Source: Eledone cirrhosa (taxonomy: Eukaryota). Taken from it: a DNA stretch of 64,000 nucleotides. Location: positions 19,158,001-19,222,000 of the forward strand of contig OZ024765.1 of assembly GCA_964016885.1 (NCBI GenBank). The letters run 5' to 3'. The notes beneath the pieces were generated by a model. The model made no database searches. It was not told where the DNA came from and worked only from the letters and a program-made list of their open reading frames with translations. A program made the translations under genes and the position numbers. Shown here piece by piece: positions 26,228 through 45,721 of this stretch. Numbering within the stretch: the first letter of the stretch is position 1; every line of letters starts with the position of its first letter.

Positions 26228-26376
26228 GTCCCCATGCAGTGTTCAGCCAGATTCCAAGAGCAAACAAAATGGCCGACCGACGAATTATTTTCACAGCTAT
26301 CCTCCATCTTGAAACCTTTTTACGGAGAAGGGAAGGAAAGGAAAAATTCATGGCTGTCCCCATAATAAAGATGAAC
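26228..26376 (-). CDS. HGSNAT: HGSNAT exon FIFIMGTAMNFSFPSLLRKKVSRWRIAVKIIRRSAILFALGIWLNTAWG
   Basis: 149 bp, ttttttgcag/gtaagt boundaries, phases compatible with neighbours, FxFIMG motif. Confidence 0.95.
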
Positions 26377-26409
26377 CTGCAAAAAAAATACAAATATTTT
26401 ATATCATCA

Positions 26410-26752
26410 TGGAGGCACATGGCTTAGTGGTTAGAGCATTGGGCTTGCAATCGAAAGGTTGTGAGTTCAATTCTCAGATCGGGTGATGTGTTGTTTCCTT
26501 GAGCAAGAAACTTTATTTCACATTGCTCCAGTTTACTCAGCTGTAGAAATGAGATGATAGGGACTGGGGTCCATATCATTCCACTGCAAAGTGGTTGTGG
26601 AGGTGCCACGGAAAAAAGCACCCAGCACTCCACTGTAAATGAGGTTGGTGTTAGGAAGGGCATCCAGCTGTAGAAATCAAGCCAGAATCAGTTCCTGTCC
26701 CACCCTTGCAAGCAGGGAAAAGTGGACGTAAAATGATGATGATGATGATGAT
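26410..26752 (+). mobile_element. tRNA-derived CORE-type SINE (octopus OR2-like) with RTE tail. Other copies: 5030-5163(-), 13022-13340(-), 37075-37414(+), 41782-42116(-), 48722-48845(+, partial), 53614-53947(+)
   Basis: A box TGGCTTAGTGG, B box GAGTTCAATTC, CORE-like CCTTGAGCAAGAxACTT...CAGTTTACTCAGCTGTAGAAATG, (GAT)n tail. Confidence 0.88.
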
Positions 26753-27910
26753 CATCATCATCATCATCGTTTCTACGTCCATTTTTCCATGGGTTTAACG
26801 GGTCCTTCCAAACACAGCATCTCTCTCTCCCCCTTCATTTCTAATCTTTTCTGTGAGTCTCAGCAATTTGAGGTCAGTTCTCCCCCTCTCTGTCCACGTC
26901 TTCCACTACTGCAGCTCCCTTCCTTATAGTTGGTGTTATTATCAGGGCTGATGTTCTCATTAAGGCCAACTAGGGAGGCACATATGGCTCAGACCTGAGA
27001 GACGGGCATTACTGAACCTTATAGGCTCACAGTTTTATACACGGCTGGTGTTACCATTAAGGCCAACTAGGGAGCCACCTAGGGCCCAGACTTCAGAGAG
27101 GTGTATTGCTGTCCTTTAGGACTACAGGGCTGGTGCCACCATTAAAGCCCCCACCACCACCACCAACGCTAACAACAATCCCTCCAGCACCCCCACCCCA
27201 ACCCCCACCACCAACACCAACAACGTCCTCACCACCCCCACCAATCCCCCAACAACCCCCACCACCAACACCACCTCCACCACCACTACACCACCACCAC
27301 CCCCCACTACACCACTACTCCACCACGACCACCACCTCCACCAACCTCCCCACCACCACCAACCTCACCACCACCACCACCACCAACCTCCCCACCACCA
27401 CCACCTCCACCAACCTCCCCACCACCACCACCACCACCACCACTAACCTCCCCACCACCACAAACCTCGCCACCAACCTCCCCCACCACCACCAACCTCC
27501 CCACCCCCACAAACCTCGCCACCAACCACCACCACCACCACCAACCTCCCCACCACCAACCTCCCCACCACCAACCTCCCCACCACCAACCTCCCCACCA
27601 ACCTCCCCCACCACCACCAACCTCCCCACCACCACAATCCTCCCCACCAAACTCCCCCACCACTACAAACCTCCCCACCACCACCACAAACCTCCCCACC
27701 ACCACCACCACCAACCTCCCCACCAACCTCCCCCACCACCACCAACCTCCCCACCACCACAATCCTCCCCACCAACCAAACTCCCCCACCAAAACCAACC
27801 TCCCCACCACCACAAACCTCCCCACCAACCTCCCTCCCCCACCAACCTCCCCACCACCACCACAAACCTCCCCACCACCTCCCCCACCCCGCCCCCGTCC
27901 CACCACTTAC

Positions 27911-28018
27911 CATGGAAACACCAGGTCAGCCACCGTCAGTCCGTTCCACTGGGCATGCTCAAAGAAGACGTAACCTCCACCGCCGTAGTTGACAAATATC
28001 ATCAGTGTGATGGAGATA
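27911..28018 (-). CDS. HGSNAT: HGSNAT exon [36 protein letters not shown]
   Basis: 108 bp with cag/gtaagt boundaries; carries the signature MxFVNYGGG...[14 protein letters not shown] (catalytic His region). Confidence 0.97.
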
Positions 28019-28982
28019 CTGTGGAGGAGAAGTGGGAGAGGATTTAGTGGTGGAGGTGGAGGTGGAGGAGAGGGGGGAGAGGATGTAGTGGTGGAGGTGG
28101 AGGTGGAGGTGGAGGAGAGGGGGGAGAGGATGTAGTGGTGGAGGTGGAGGTGGAGGTGGAGAAGTGGGAGAGGATGTAGTGGTGGAGGAGGAGGAGGAGG
28201 GGGAGAGGATGGATGTAGTGGTGGAGGTGGAGGAGAAGGAGGGGATGTAGTGGTGGAGGAGGAGGGGGAGGAGAAGTGGGAGAGGATATAGTGGTGGAGG
28301 TGGAGAAGGGGTGGGGGATGTAGTGGTGTAGGCGGGGGAGGGAGGTGGGGAGGGGTGGGGAGGGGATGTAGTGGTGTAGGTGGAGGAGAGGGGGAGAGGG
28401 GAGTAGTGGAGGGGGAGAAGGTAGAAGAAAGGAGGGAGAGGAAGATGAAGAGGAGAGGAGGAGGGGGAGATGAAGGGTGAGGGAGACAGAAGTGGGAGGA
28501 GGAGGAGGAAGAGGAGAAGGGAGTGGAGAGAAATTAGAGACAATTAGCAACGTGGTGGCCATCTTGATTACAATATTGTTGTTGTTGTTGTTACTGTTGT
28601 TGTTACTGTTGTTACTGTTGTTGTTACTGTTGTTGTTACTGTTGTTGTTGTTTAGCCCTAGGACGTCAGACAACATAGTTTGCGGCATAGAGTTACATCC
28701 CTTTACGTTCTGAGTTTAAATTAGTTTAAAGTTAGTTTTGCCTTTCATCGTTACATGATCAAACTTAAAGTACCAGTAATGTACTGGTTTTGAATAAATC
28801 AACTTTCTAATTCCCCAAAATTGTTGGTCTTGTGTCTGAATCAGAAAGCCTTATTTAGCCCCAGGCCAATCCTAACCCAGCCTTTCTATCACAAAAGACA
28901 TTCCAGGTATGACCATCCAGTCACATATACAGAAAACCTACTACAATATTCAAAGCCTCAATTTTTAAGACAACGAGGTTGT

Positions 28983-30494
28983 TTAACCCTTTAGCATTTA
29001 CATTACTCAAGAAACCCGACTTCCCACGGGTATAAGCCAAAGCAAATTCATATAGACAACATGCCCCCACCCCCTCCCACTGCAAAGTAGACGTGTAGGT
29101 GCCACGGAAAAAAAGCACCCAGCCCACACTGTAAAGTAGACGTGTAGGCACCACGGAAAAAAAGCACCCAGCCCACACTGTAAAGTAGACGTGTAGGCAC
29201 CACGGAAAAAAAGCACCCAGCCCACACTGTAAAGTAGACGTGTAGGCACCACGGAAAAAAAGCACCCAACCCACACTGTAAAGTAGACGTGCAGGCACCA
29301 CGGAAAAAAAGCACCCAGCCCACACTGTAAAGTAGACGTGTAGGTGCCACGGAAAAAAAGCACCCAGCCCACACTGTAAAGTAGACGTGTAGGCACCACA
29401 GAAAAAAAGCACCCAGCCCACACTGTAAAGTAGACGTGTAGGCACCACGGAAAAAAAGCACCCAGCCCACACTGTAAAGTAGACGTGTAGGCACCACGGA
29501 AAAAAAGCACCCAACCCACACTGTAAAGTAGACGTGCAGGCACCACGGAAAAAAAGCACCCAACCCACACTGTAAAGTAGACGTGCAGGCACCACGGAAA
29601 AAAAGCACCCAGCCCACACTATAAAGTAGACGTGTAGGCACCACGGAAAAAAAGCACCCAACCCACACTGTAAAGTAGAAGTGCAGGCACCACGGAAAAA
29701 AAGCACCCAGCCCACACTGTAAAGTAGACGTGCAGGCACGACGGAAAAAAAGCACCCAGCCCACACTGTAAAGTAGACGTGCAGGCACCACGGAAAAAAA
29801 GCACCCATCCCACACTGTAAAGTAGACGTGTAGGCACCACAGCAAAAAAGCACCCAGCCCACACTGTAAAGTAGATGTGCAGTCACCACGGAAAAAAAGC
29901 ACCCAGCCCACACTGTAAAGTAGACGTGCAGGCACCACGGAAAAAAAGCACCCAGCCCACACTGTAAAGTAGACGTGTAGGCACCACAGCAAAAAAGCAC
30001 CCAGCCCACACTGTAAAGTAGATGTGCAGTCACCACGGAAAAAAAGCACCCAGCCCACACTGTAAAGTGGACATGGAGGTGCCATGGCAAAAAAGCACCC
30101 AGCCCACACTGTAAATGAGGTTGGTGTTAGGAAGGGCATCCAGCTGTAGAGATCAAGCCAGAATCAGTTCTGTATGAGCAAGGCATGGTCAGCCGACCGG
30201 ACACTGCCCACAACAGGACAACCCGTCTAACCCATGCTAAAGTAGAAGAACAGACGTAAAATGGGGATGATGATGATGATGAAGATTACGCTATATTTAT
30301 GATTGTATTTTCCCCGGTAAAGGCTTTATCTCACATAATATCTCACATAATATCGAATCTATGAGATTTTGATATTATTTATTTTGAGAATAATACCTTA
30401 ACATCAGTATGAGTGGCCATTTATACCCTGTTTGAACAGAAAACCATGTGAGAATTCTGGCCAGTTACAGCTGGTTTAAATACTAAAGGGTTAA
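28983..30494 (+). mobile_element. piggyBac-type MITE interrupted by an RTE UTR
   Basis: TTAA-CCCTTTAGCATTTA ... TAAATACTAAAGGG-TTAA terminal inverted repeats with TTAA target site. Confidence 0.78.
29010..30283 (+). mobile_element. RTE LINE 3' UTR with a 49-bp minisatellite (about 29080-30115, about 21 copies), inserted into a MITE
   Basis: Flanks match the reverse complement of 63527-63860; attactc/attacgc is a possible target duplication. Confidence 0.82.
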
Positions 30495-33400
30495 ACCAGT
30501 TGTATTGGCCAGAATTCTCTCACCGCTTTCTGTTCAAACTGGCTGTAACTGGCAGCTCATACTGATGTTAAGATATTGTTCTCAAAATAAATAATATAAG
30601 AATCTCATAGATTTGATATTATGCAAGGAATTATATGAGATATTATGTGAGGTATTATGTGACGTATTATGTGAGGTGTTATGTGAGATATTATGTGAGG
30701 TGTTATGTGAGGTATTATGTGAGGTATTATGTGAGGTGTTATGTGAGATATTATGTGAGGTGTTATGTGAGGTATTATGTGAGGTATTATGTGAGATATT
30801 ATGTCAGGTGTTATGTGAGGTATTATGTGAGGTGTTATGTGAGGTGTTATGTGAGATATTATGTGAGGTATTATGTGAGGTATTATGTGAGGTATTATGT
30901 GAGGTATTATGTGAGGTATTATGTGAGATATTATGTGAGGTATTATGTGAGGTGTTATGTGAGGTGTTATGTGAGATATTATGTGAGGTATTATGTGAGG
31001 TGTTATGTGAGGTGTTATGTGAGATATTATGTGAGGTATTATGTGAGGTATTATGTGAGGTGTTATGTGAGATATTATGTGAGGTATTATGTGAGATATT
31101 ATGTGAGGTATTATGTGAGGTGTTATGTGAGATATTATGTGAGGTGTTATGTGAGGTATTATGTGAGGTATTATGTGAGGTGTTATGTGAGATATTATGT
31201 GAGGTGTTATGTGAGGTATTATGTGAGGTGTTATGTGAGATATTATGTGAGATATTATGTGAGGTATTATGTGAGGTATTATGTGAGATATGTGAGATAT
31301 TATGTGAGATATTATGTGAGGTATTATGTGAGATATTATGTGAGATATTATGTGAGATATTATGTGAGGTATTATGTGAGATATTATGTGAGGTATTATG
31401 TGAGGTATTATGTGAGGTATTATGTGAGGTATTATGTGAGGTGTTATGTGAGATATTATGTGAGGTGTTATGTGAGGTATTATGTGAGATATGTGAGATA
31501 TTATGTGAGATATTATGTGAGGTATTATGTGAGATATTATGTGAGATATTATGTGAGATATTATGTGAGGTATTATGTGAGATATTATGTGAGGTATTAT
31601 GTGAGGTGTTATGTGAGATATTATGTGAGGTGTTATGTGAGGTATTATGTGAGGTATTATGTGAGATATTATGTGAGGTATTATGTGAGGTATTATGTGA
31701 GGTATTATGTGAGATATTATGTGAGATATTATGTGAGATATTATGTGAGGTGTTATGTGAGGTATTATGTGAGGTATTATGTGAGATATTATGTGAGATA
31801 TTATGTGAGGTGTTATGTGAGGTATTATGTGAGGTATTATGTGAGGTATTATGTGAGGTATTATGTGAGATATTATGTGAGGTATTATGTGAGGTATTAT
31901 GTGAGATATTATGTGAGGTATTATGTGAGGTATTATGTGAGGTATTATGTGAGATATTATGTGAGATATTATGTGAGATATTATGTGAGGTGTTATGTGA
32001 GGTATTATGTGAGGTATTATGTGAGGTGTTATGTGAGGTATTATGTGAGGTGTTATGTGAGATATTATGTGAGGTATTATGTGAGGTATTATGTGAGATA
32101 TTATGTGAGATATTATGTGAGATATTATGTGAGGTATTATGTGAGATATTATGTGAGGTGTTATGTGAGGTATTATGTGAGGTGTTATGTGAGATATTAT
32201 GTGAGATATTATGTGAGATATTATGTGAGGTGTTATGTGAGGTATTATGTGAGGTATTATGTGAGATATTATGTGAGGTATTATGCGAGGTATTATGTGA
32301 GATATTATGTGAGGTATTATGTGAGATATTATGTGAGGTATTATGTGAGATATTATGTGAGGTATTATGTGAGGTATTATGTGAGGTATTATGTGAGATA
32401 TTATGTGAGGTATTATGTGAGATATTATGTGAGATAATATGTGAGATATTATGTGAGATATTATGTGAGATATCATGTCAGATATTATGTGAGATATTGT
32501 GAGGTGATATGTGAGATATTATGTGAGATATTATGTGAGGTATTATGTGAGGTATTATGTGAGATATTATGTGAGATATTATGTGAGATATTATGTGAGA
32601 TATTATGTGAGATATTATGTGAGATATTATGTGAGATATTATGTGAGATATTATGTGAGGTATTATGTGAGATATTATGTGAGATATTATGTGAGATATT
32701 GTGAGGTATTATGTGAGATATTATGTGAGATATTATGTGAGGTGTTATGTGAGATATTATGTGAGATATTATGTGAGGTATTATGTGATATATTATGTGA
32801 GATATTATGTGAGGTATTATGTGAGGTATTATGTGAGATATTATGTGAGGTATTATGTGATATATTATGTGAGATATTATGTGAGATATTATGTGAGATA
32901 TTATGTGAGATATTATGTGAGGTATTATGTGAGATATTATGTGAGGTATTATGTGAAATATTATGTGAGGTATTATGTGAGGTATTATGTGAAATATTAT
33001 GTGAGATATTATGTGAGATATTATGTGAGATATTATGTGAGATATTATGTGAGATATTATGTGAGATATTATGTGAGGTATTATGTGAGATATTATGTGA
33101 GATATTATGTGAGATATTATGTGAGATATTATGTGAGGTATTATGTGAGGTATTATGTGAGATATTATGTGAGGTATTATGTGAGGTATTATGTGAGATA
33201 TTATGTGAGATATTATGTGAGGTATTATGTGATATATTATGTGATATATTATGTGATATATTATGTGATATATTATGTGAGGTATTATGTGAGGTATTAT
33301 GTGAGGTATTATGTGAGATATTATGTGAGATATTATGTGAGGTATTATGTGAGGTATTATGTGAGATATTATGTGAGATATTATGTGATATATTATGTGA

Positions 33401-34653
33401 GATATTATGTGAGGTATTATGTGAGATATTATGTGAGGTATTATGTGATATATTATGTGAGATATTATGTGAGGTATTATGTGAGGTATTATGTGAGATA
33501 TTATGTGAGATATTATGTGAGGTATTATGTGAGATATTATGTGAGATATTATGTGAGATATTATGTGAGATATTATGTGAGGTATTATGTGAGGTATTAT
33601 GTGAGATATTATGTGAGATATTATGTGAGGTATTATGTGAGATATTATGTGAGGTATTATGTGAGGTATTATGTGAGATATTATGTGATATATTATGTGA
33701 GGTATTATGTGAGGTATTATGTGAGGTGTTATGTGAGATATTATGGAAGATATTATGTGAGATATTATGTGAGATATTATGTGAGATATTATGTGAGGTA
33801 TTATGTGAGATATTATGTGAGGTATTATGTGAGGTATTATGTGAGATATTATGTGAGATATTATGTGAGATATTATGTGAGGTATTATGTGAGGTATTAT
33901 GTGAGATATTATGTGAGGTATTATGTGAGGTATTATGTGAGATATTATGTGAGGTATTATGTGAGATATTATGTGAGATATTATGTGAGATATTATGTGA
34001 GGTATTATGTGAGATATTATGTGAGATATTATGTGAGATATTATGTGAGATATTATGTGAGATATTATGTGATATATTATGTGAGATATTATGTGAGGTA
34101 TTATGTGAGATATTATGAGATATGTGAGATATTATGTGAGATATTATGTGAGGTATTATGTGAGATATTATGTGAGGTATTATGTGAGATATTATGTGAG
34201 GTATTATGTGAGATATTATGGGAGGTATTATGTGTGGTATTATGTGAGATATTATGTGAGATATTATGTGAGATATTATGTGAGATATTATGTGAGGTAT
34301 TATGTGAGATATTATGTGAGATATTATGTGAGATATTATGTGAGATATGTGAGATATTATGTGAGATATTATGTGAGGTATTATGTGAGGTATTATGTGA
34401 GATATTATGTGAGGTATTATGTGAGATAGTATGTGAGGTATTATGTGAGGTATTATGTGAGATATTATGTGAGATATTATGTGAGGTATTATGTGAGATA
34501 TTATGTGAGATATTATGTGAGATATTATCTGAGATAGTATGTGAGGTATTATGTGAGATATTATGTGAGATATGTGAGATATTATGTGAGGTAAAGCCTT
34601 TACTGTGAAAATACAATAGTATATATAGAGTAATGTAAATACTAAAGGGTTAA
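30491..34653 (-). mobile_element. Same MITE, inverted, carrying a 4-kb 12-bp minisatellite (TTATGTGAGRTR, about 30620-34590, about 330 copies)
   Basis: Both flanks match the MITE; ends in TAAATACTAAAGGG-TTAA at 34653. Confidence 0.8.
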
Positions 34654-34764
34654 GGGAAATTTGGCTGCTATTTCTAGTATGTTAAACAATAACAGACAAA
34701 CTCCATAATTGGTTTATATTGTTGTTATTGTCTTTAGTGTCATTGTTGTTACTGTGGTTGTTAT

Positions 34765-34815
34765 TGCTACAGTTGTTGTTGTTGTTGAGGTTGTTGTAGC
34801 AGCAGCAGTAGTAGC

Positions 34816-34874
<59 letters not shown>

Positions 34875-34890
34875 CAGCAGTAGGAGCAGC

Positions 34891-34937
<47 letters not shown>

Positions 34938-35025
34938 CAGCAGCAGCAGTAGGAGCAGCAGTAGTAGTAGCAGTAGTAGTAGCAGAAGCAGCAGTAGTAG
35001 TAGCAGTAGTAGTAGTAGTAGTAAC

Positions 35026-35078
<53 letters not shown>

Positions 35079-35172
35079 CAGCAGCAGAAGCAGCAGCCGC
35101 AGCAGCAGCAGCAGTAGCAGCAGCAGAAGCAGTAGTAGTAGTAGTAGTAGTAGTAGTAGCAGGAGCAGCAGC

Positions 35173-35207
<35 letters not shown>

Positions 35208-35277
35208 CAGGAGCAGCAGTAGTAGTAGTAGTAGTAGTAGTAGTAGCAGGAGCAGCAGTAGTAGTAGCAGGAGCAGC

Positions 35278-35330
<53 letters not shown>

Positions 35331-35349
35331 CAGCAGCAGCAGCAGCAAC

Positions 35350-35386
<37 letters not shown>

Positions 35387-35412
35387 ATAGTAGTAGTAGT
35401 AGCAGGAACAGC

Positions 35413-35456
<44 letters not shown>

Positions 35457-35466
35457 CAGGAGCAGC

Positions 35467-35510
<44 letters not shown>

Positions 35511-35520
35511 CAGGAACAGC

Positions 35521-35561
<41 letters not shown>

Positions 35562-35571
35562 CAGGAACAGC

Positions 35572-35606
<35 letters not shown>

Positions 35607-35697
35607 CAGGAACAGCAGTAGTAGTAGTAGTAGTAGCAGCAGCAGCAGCAACCTTAGTAGTAGTAGTAGTAGTAGTAGCAGCAGCAGCAGCAGCAAC

Positions 35698-35738
<41 letters not shown>

Positions 35739-35757
35739 CAGCAGCAGCATCAGCAAC

Positions 35758-35810
<53 letters not shown>

Positions 35811-35820
35811 CAGGAGCAGC

Positions 35821-35867
<47 letters not shown>

Positions 35868-35946
35868 CAGCAGCAGCAGCAACAGTAGTAGTAGTAGTAG
35901 AAGTAGTATTAGTAGTAGTAGTAGTAGTAGTAGTAGTAGCAGGAAC

Positions 35947-36002
<56 letters not shown>

Positions 36003-36018
36003 CAGCAGCAGCAGCAAC

Positions 36019-36053
<35 letters not shown>

Positions 36054-36100
36054 CAGGAACAGCAGCAGTAGCAGTAGTAGTAGTAGTAGTAGTAGTAGTA
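34765..36100. repeat. (GTA/GCA)n microsatellite
   Basis: Seen directly. Confidence 0.95.
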
Positions 36101-36164
36101 GGGTTAAACGAGGAAAGCCGTGTGAAATTTGTTGGTTGTCTAGCAACCACAGTAACTCAAGCAC

Positions 36165-41780
<5,616 letters not shown>

Positions 41781-42137
41781 ATCATCATTTCATTTTACGT
41801 CTGCTTTTTCCCTGCTTGCAAGGGTGGGACGGGAACTGATTCTGGCTTGATTTCTACAGCTGGATGCCCTTCCTAACACCAACCTCATTTACAGTGAGTG
41901 CTGGGTGCTTTTTTGCCGTGGCACCTCCACGGCCACTTTGCAGTGGAATGATATGGACCCCAGTCCCTATCATCTCATTTCTACAGCTGAGTAAACTGGA
42001 GCAATGTGAAATAAAGTGTCTTGCTCAAGGAAACAACACATCACCCGGTCTGAAAATTAAAGTCACAACCTTTCGATTGCAAAGCCAATGCTCTAACCAC
42101 TAAGCCATGTGCCTCCGTATATATGTATGTACGTACA

Positions 42138-42173
<36 letters not shown>

Positions 42174-42317
42174 TAAGTAGAAGGGGTATTTAATTTGTTG
42201 GCAATCCGACAAATATAAATATAAATGTTTATAACTGATTTAGAGCACTCAACAGTTTCCTGGAGTAAATATTCAATGATATTAAATAATGGAAATTATA
42301 TTTATAAAACCATATTT

Positions 42318-42368
42318 ATTTTATTATATATATTTCAAACACTTTGGTACACTTTCTTCAGATAAAAT
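42318..42368 (-). ncRNA. Hammerhead with eroded stem II
   Basis: attttat-CTGAAGA-...-GAAA-tatata-TA-ataaaat; family of 49756. Confidence 0.55.
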
Positions 42369-42441
42369 ACAAAGTTTGTTTTATAAAAAGTGACATACCC
42401 AGGAAAATCATACCTTATCAGTTGGATATTCTCTGGTTATT

Positions 42442-42486
<45 letters not shown>

Positions 42487-42553
42487 CTATAGTCTAACCC
42501 ATGCTAGCGTGGAAAATGGACGTTAAACGAAGATGATGATGATGATGATGATG

Positions 42554-42641
<88 letters not shown>

Positions 42642-43036
42642 AAATAACAGATTAAAGTTTAAGCAAAGAATCGCTGCTTTCACCCTTAACGGGATCTTCT
42701 GAAACTAACAAAGTCAATCTGTAAACGCAGAACTGGATATTTAAAAAAACGTTGCAACCGGAGGAAGACAGGAAGACGATACTTTGGTTCGTGGAAACGT
42801 TCTCTGGCAAAGATCGGGGAAAAACGAATATAATACGTCATATTTGCTCTACGGTTCTTATATATTTGATATATATTTATCCTTATCGAGCCCTCTTTGG
42901 ATTTTAGTCTTCAAATTTATTATTATTACTATTATATATATATATATATATATAGTTATATATATAGTTATATATATAGTTATACATATATATATATATA
43001 TAGTTATATATATAAATATATATATATATATATAGT

Positions 43037-43068
<32 letters not shown>

Positions 43069-43100
43069 GTTATATATATAGTTATATATATATATATAGT

Positions 43101-43134
<34 letters not shown>

Positions 43135-43395
43135 GTTATATATATAGTTATATATATAGTTATATATATAGTTATATATATATTATAGAACACTGTTAGC
43201 TTCTTGCTAAAACAATTTCTATACCTTTCATTTATATATATAGTTATATATATTTAAAAGTTAAACAAGGTTCCATGAATAAATCAAAGAATGAGTTGTA
43301 CAATAGATTGGAAGCACTCAACAGTTAAAAAGTTTTCCAGGGTTATTAATATTAATTCAAAATATAAACAAAATAGATATTCTTGTGATCAAGTA

Positions 43396-43462
43396 TATTT
43401 TATTATACATATTTCAGAGGTACTGAGTTAAGTTCAAGAGTACGTCCTCATCAGATAAAATA
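43396..43462 (-). ncRNA. Minimal type I hammerhead
   Basis: tattttat-CTGATGA-[ggacgtact..agtacctct]-GAAA-tatgta-TA-ataaaata. Confidence 0.75.
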
Positions 43463-43704
43463 AGATGATGAATGACATAGCCTGACATAGTAGATGGTTA
43501 AGATTCAGTCATGGTAGTGATTAACTTATGACAAAACTCAATATTTATACCCTAATATTGAGAAGATGAGCTAACATAATACAAACAATAGAGAGGGTGC
43601 GTGTAATAGAGCTTAAGAAATACATGGCATCAATATAACAGTTATAAAATTTTTTTTAATTTTTAAAAACTACTTTTAAAAAATAGTTTTTAAAAATATA
43701 TAAA

Positions 43705-43749
<45 letters not shown>

Positions 43750-43754
43750 ATATC

Positions 43755-43786
<32 letters not shown>

Positions 43787-43931
43787 ATATATTATATATA
43801 TATATATATATATATTATATATCTATATATATATATATATTATATATCTATATATTATATTATATATCTATATATTATATATATATATATTATATATCTC
43901 TATATATTATATATATATATATAATATATAT

Positions 43932-44002
<71 letters not shown>

Positions 44003-44040
44003 AAATCTATATATATATTATATATATATATATCTATACA

Positions 44041-45457
44041 TACCTGTACTAGACACAGAGTTCTGGTTAGATACCATTAATAACAAAAAACAAATCATCC
44101 ATTCCCATTATGCCAAACCCATGACTTCCAAATATCTGATCCACCGAAACTCAGCTGTTTTGGACCACACCAAAATCAACATACTGATTGCGGATTTGGT
44201 ACAGGTGATGAGAAACGTGTCCCGCATGTGCAACCCCGAAGAACTAGAGAGACACATACAACACTTCATCCACCGTATGCAGTTCTCTGGTTACAATCAG
44301 AGAGATAAAATCGTATATAGAGGAGTCAGAACCAAACGGGAAAAATGGTAAATAATGACGCAAATGGGACCTGCCCCTTGTATAGGAGCAAATTTTGGAA
44401 TAGAATAGAAAGAACTAGGAATAAGGCTAATAGAATAAACTCATGGTATGATAGCAATAAATACCAGAGTGTAATGGTCATCGATACAACCCCTAGAGGT
44501 GAATTAGCTTTCAAATTTAGAAGGGCCCTAGATAAACATAAACTCAATATTAAGATAGTAGAAAGATCAGGTACCTCCATAAAAACACTTATTAGCAAGA
44601 CATACCCTTTTCAAAGACCTCCCTGTATAGATAAGAAATGTATAATCTGTAAATTAAGCCCCCATATTAACTGTAAAACTAGAAATGTAGTATATAGCAT
44701 CAGATGTACTGAAGGACAATGTAGAGATAAAAATATAGTGTACATAGGTCAGACAGCTTGTAGTATAGGGGAACGGATAAATGAACACTGGCAAGACCTT
44801 CAAGATAGTAAAGAATCATCTGTACTCTACCAACATGCTAAAATAGAACATAAGGGTAAATTAGAGAACATAGAAATAAAAATAGAATCTACATACAGAA
44901 AAGACGCAATGTTTAGACAAATCACAGAGGCAATAAACATAAATGAACTCCAACCAAAATTAAATAGAAAACATGAGTGGAACAGCAACATCACAACTTA
45001 CAATTAAGGACAGAATGAAAACACACACGCACATAGAACAAACAACCAACCAGTAACATGTAAATAAACAAATAAATAAACAAATATAAACACACACAGA
45101 CACCCGGATGTGGCGCATGCGCAGACTTAGCACACAACACACACACAGAAACAAGACGGCTTAGGACAGAACAAAGGAGAGGCACAAAAACAAAGAAAAG
45201 AATCCCCAGTCACTGAAGAGGTCACAGAATGTGTGACGAAAGAACTTTGACAATATATAAACAACCATCTCGTTGTGGAACCAACCAACCAACCAGAAAT
45301 TTCTAAATTCCTAAATTTCTAAATTTATTATAATAAATTGAAGTGAAACAACTGGTGCGTGTGTTTCTTATTGGCAACATGACCCTCCCAAATTATAACA
45401 ACATCGGTTTCAACACACGTTTTCAGATAAAGAATCTTGCTAAACAAATTCAGAAAC

Positions 45458-45460
<3 letters not shown>
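44041..45460 (+). mobile_element. 5'-truncated Penelope-like retroelement: RT C-terminus, GIY-YIG endonuclease, 3' pLTR with HHR
   Basis: HYAKPM...RNVSRMC...MQFSGY, a frameshift, then C-x4-C-x2-C...NCKTRNVVYSIRC...YIGQTACSIGERINEH...RQITEAINI; flanked by (TA)n. Confidence 0.9.
45209..45251 (+). ncRNA. Minimal hammerhead 200 bp 3' of a Penelope ORF
   Basis: gtca-CTGAAGA-g[gtcaca/tgtgac]-GAAA-GaaC-TT-tgac. Confidence 0.8.
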
Positions 45461-45540
<80 letters not shown>

Positions 45541-45721
45541 TATACCAAAAGCTTACAATGAAAGCAGGCAGTATAATTGATTTAGGTGTCACAGAAACCT
45601 CCCACTAGATTATACCATCAATTTCCGGAGGTCCAGGTAAATTCTTTTGTTAACCTGTTTAACTTGCTTCGTTTTTTTGGCTCAGGTGGCTGATAACTTC
45701 ATATATATATATTATATATAT

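Noticed and set aside
26410-26485. tRNA gene
   Set aside because: The A/B boxes belong to a SINE head present in many copies; no full cloverleaf.
30605-34616. 600-aa ORFs (ILCE/YYVR/HIIS repeats)
   Set aside because: Translations of a 12-bp minisatellite, open in several frames.
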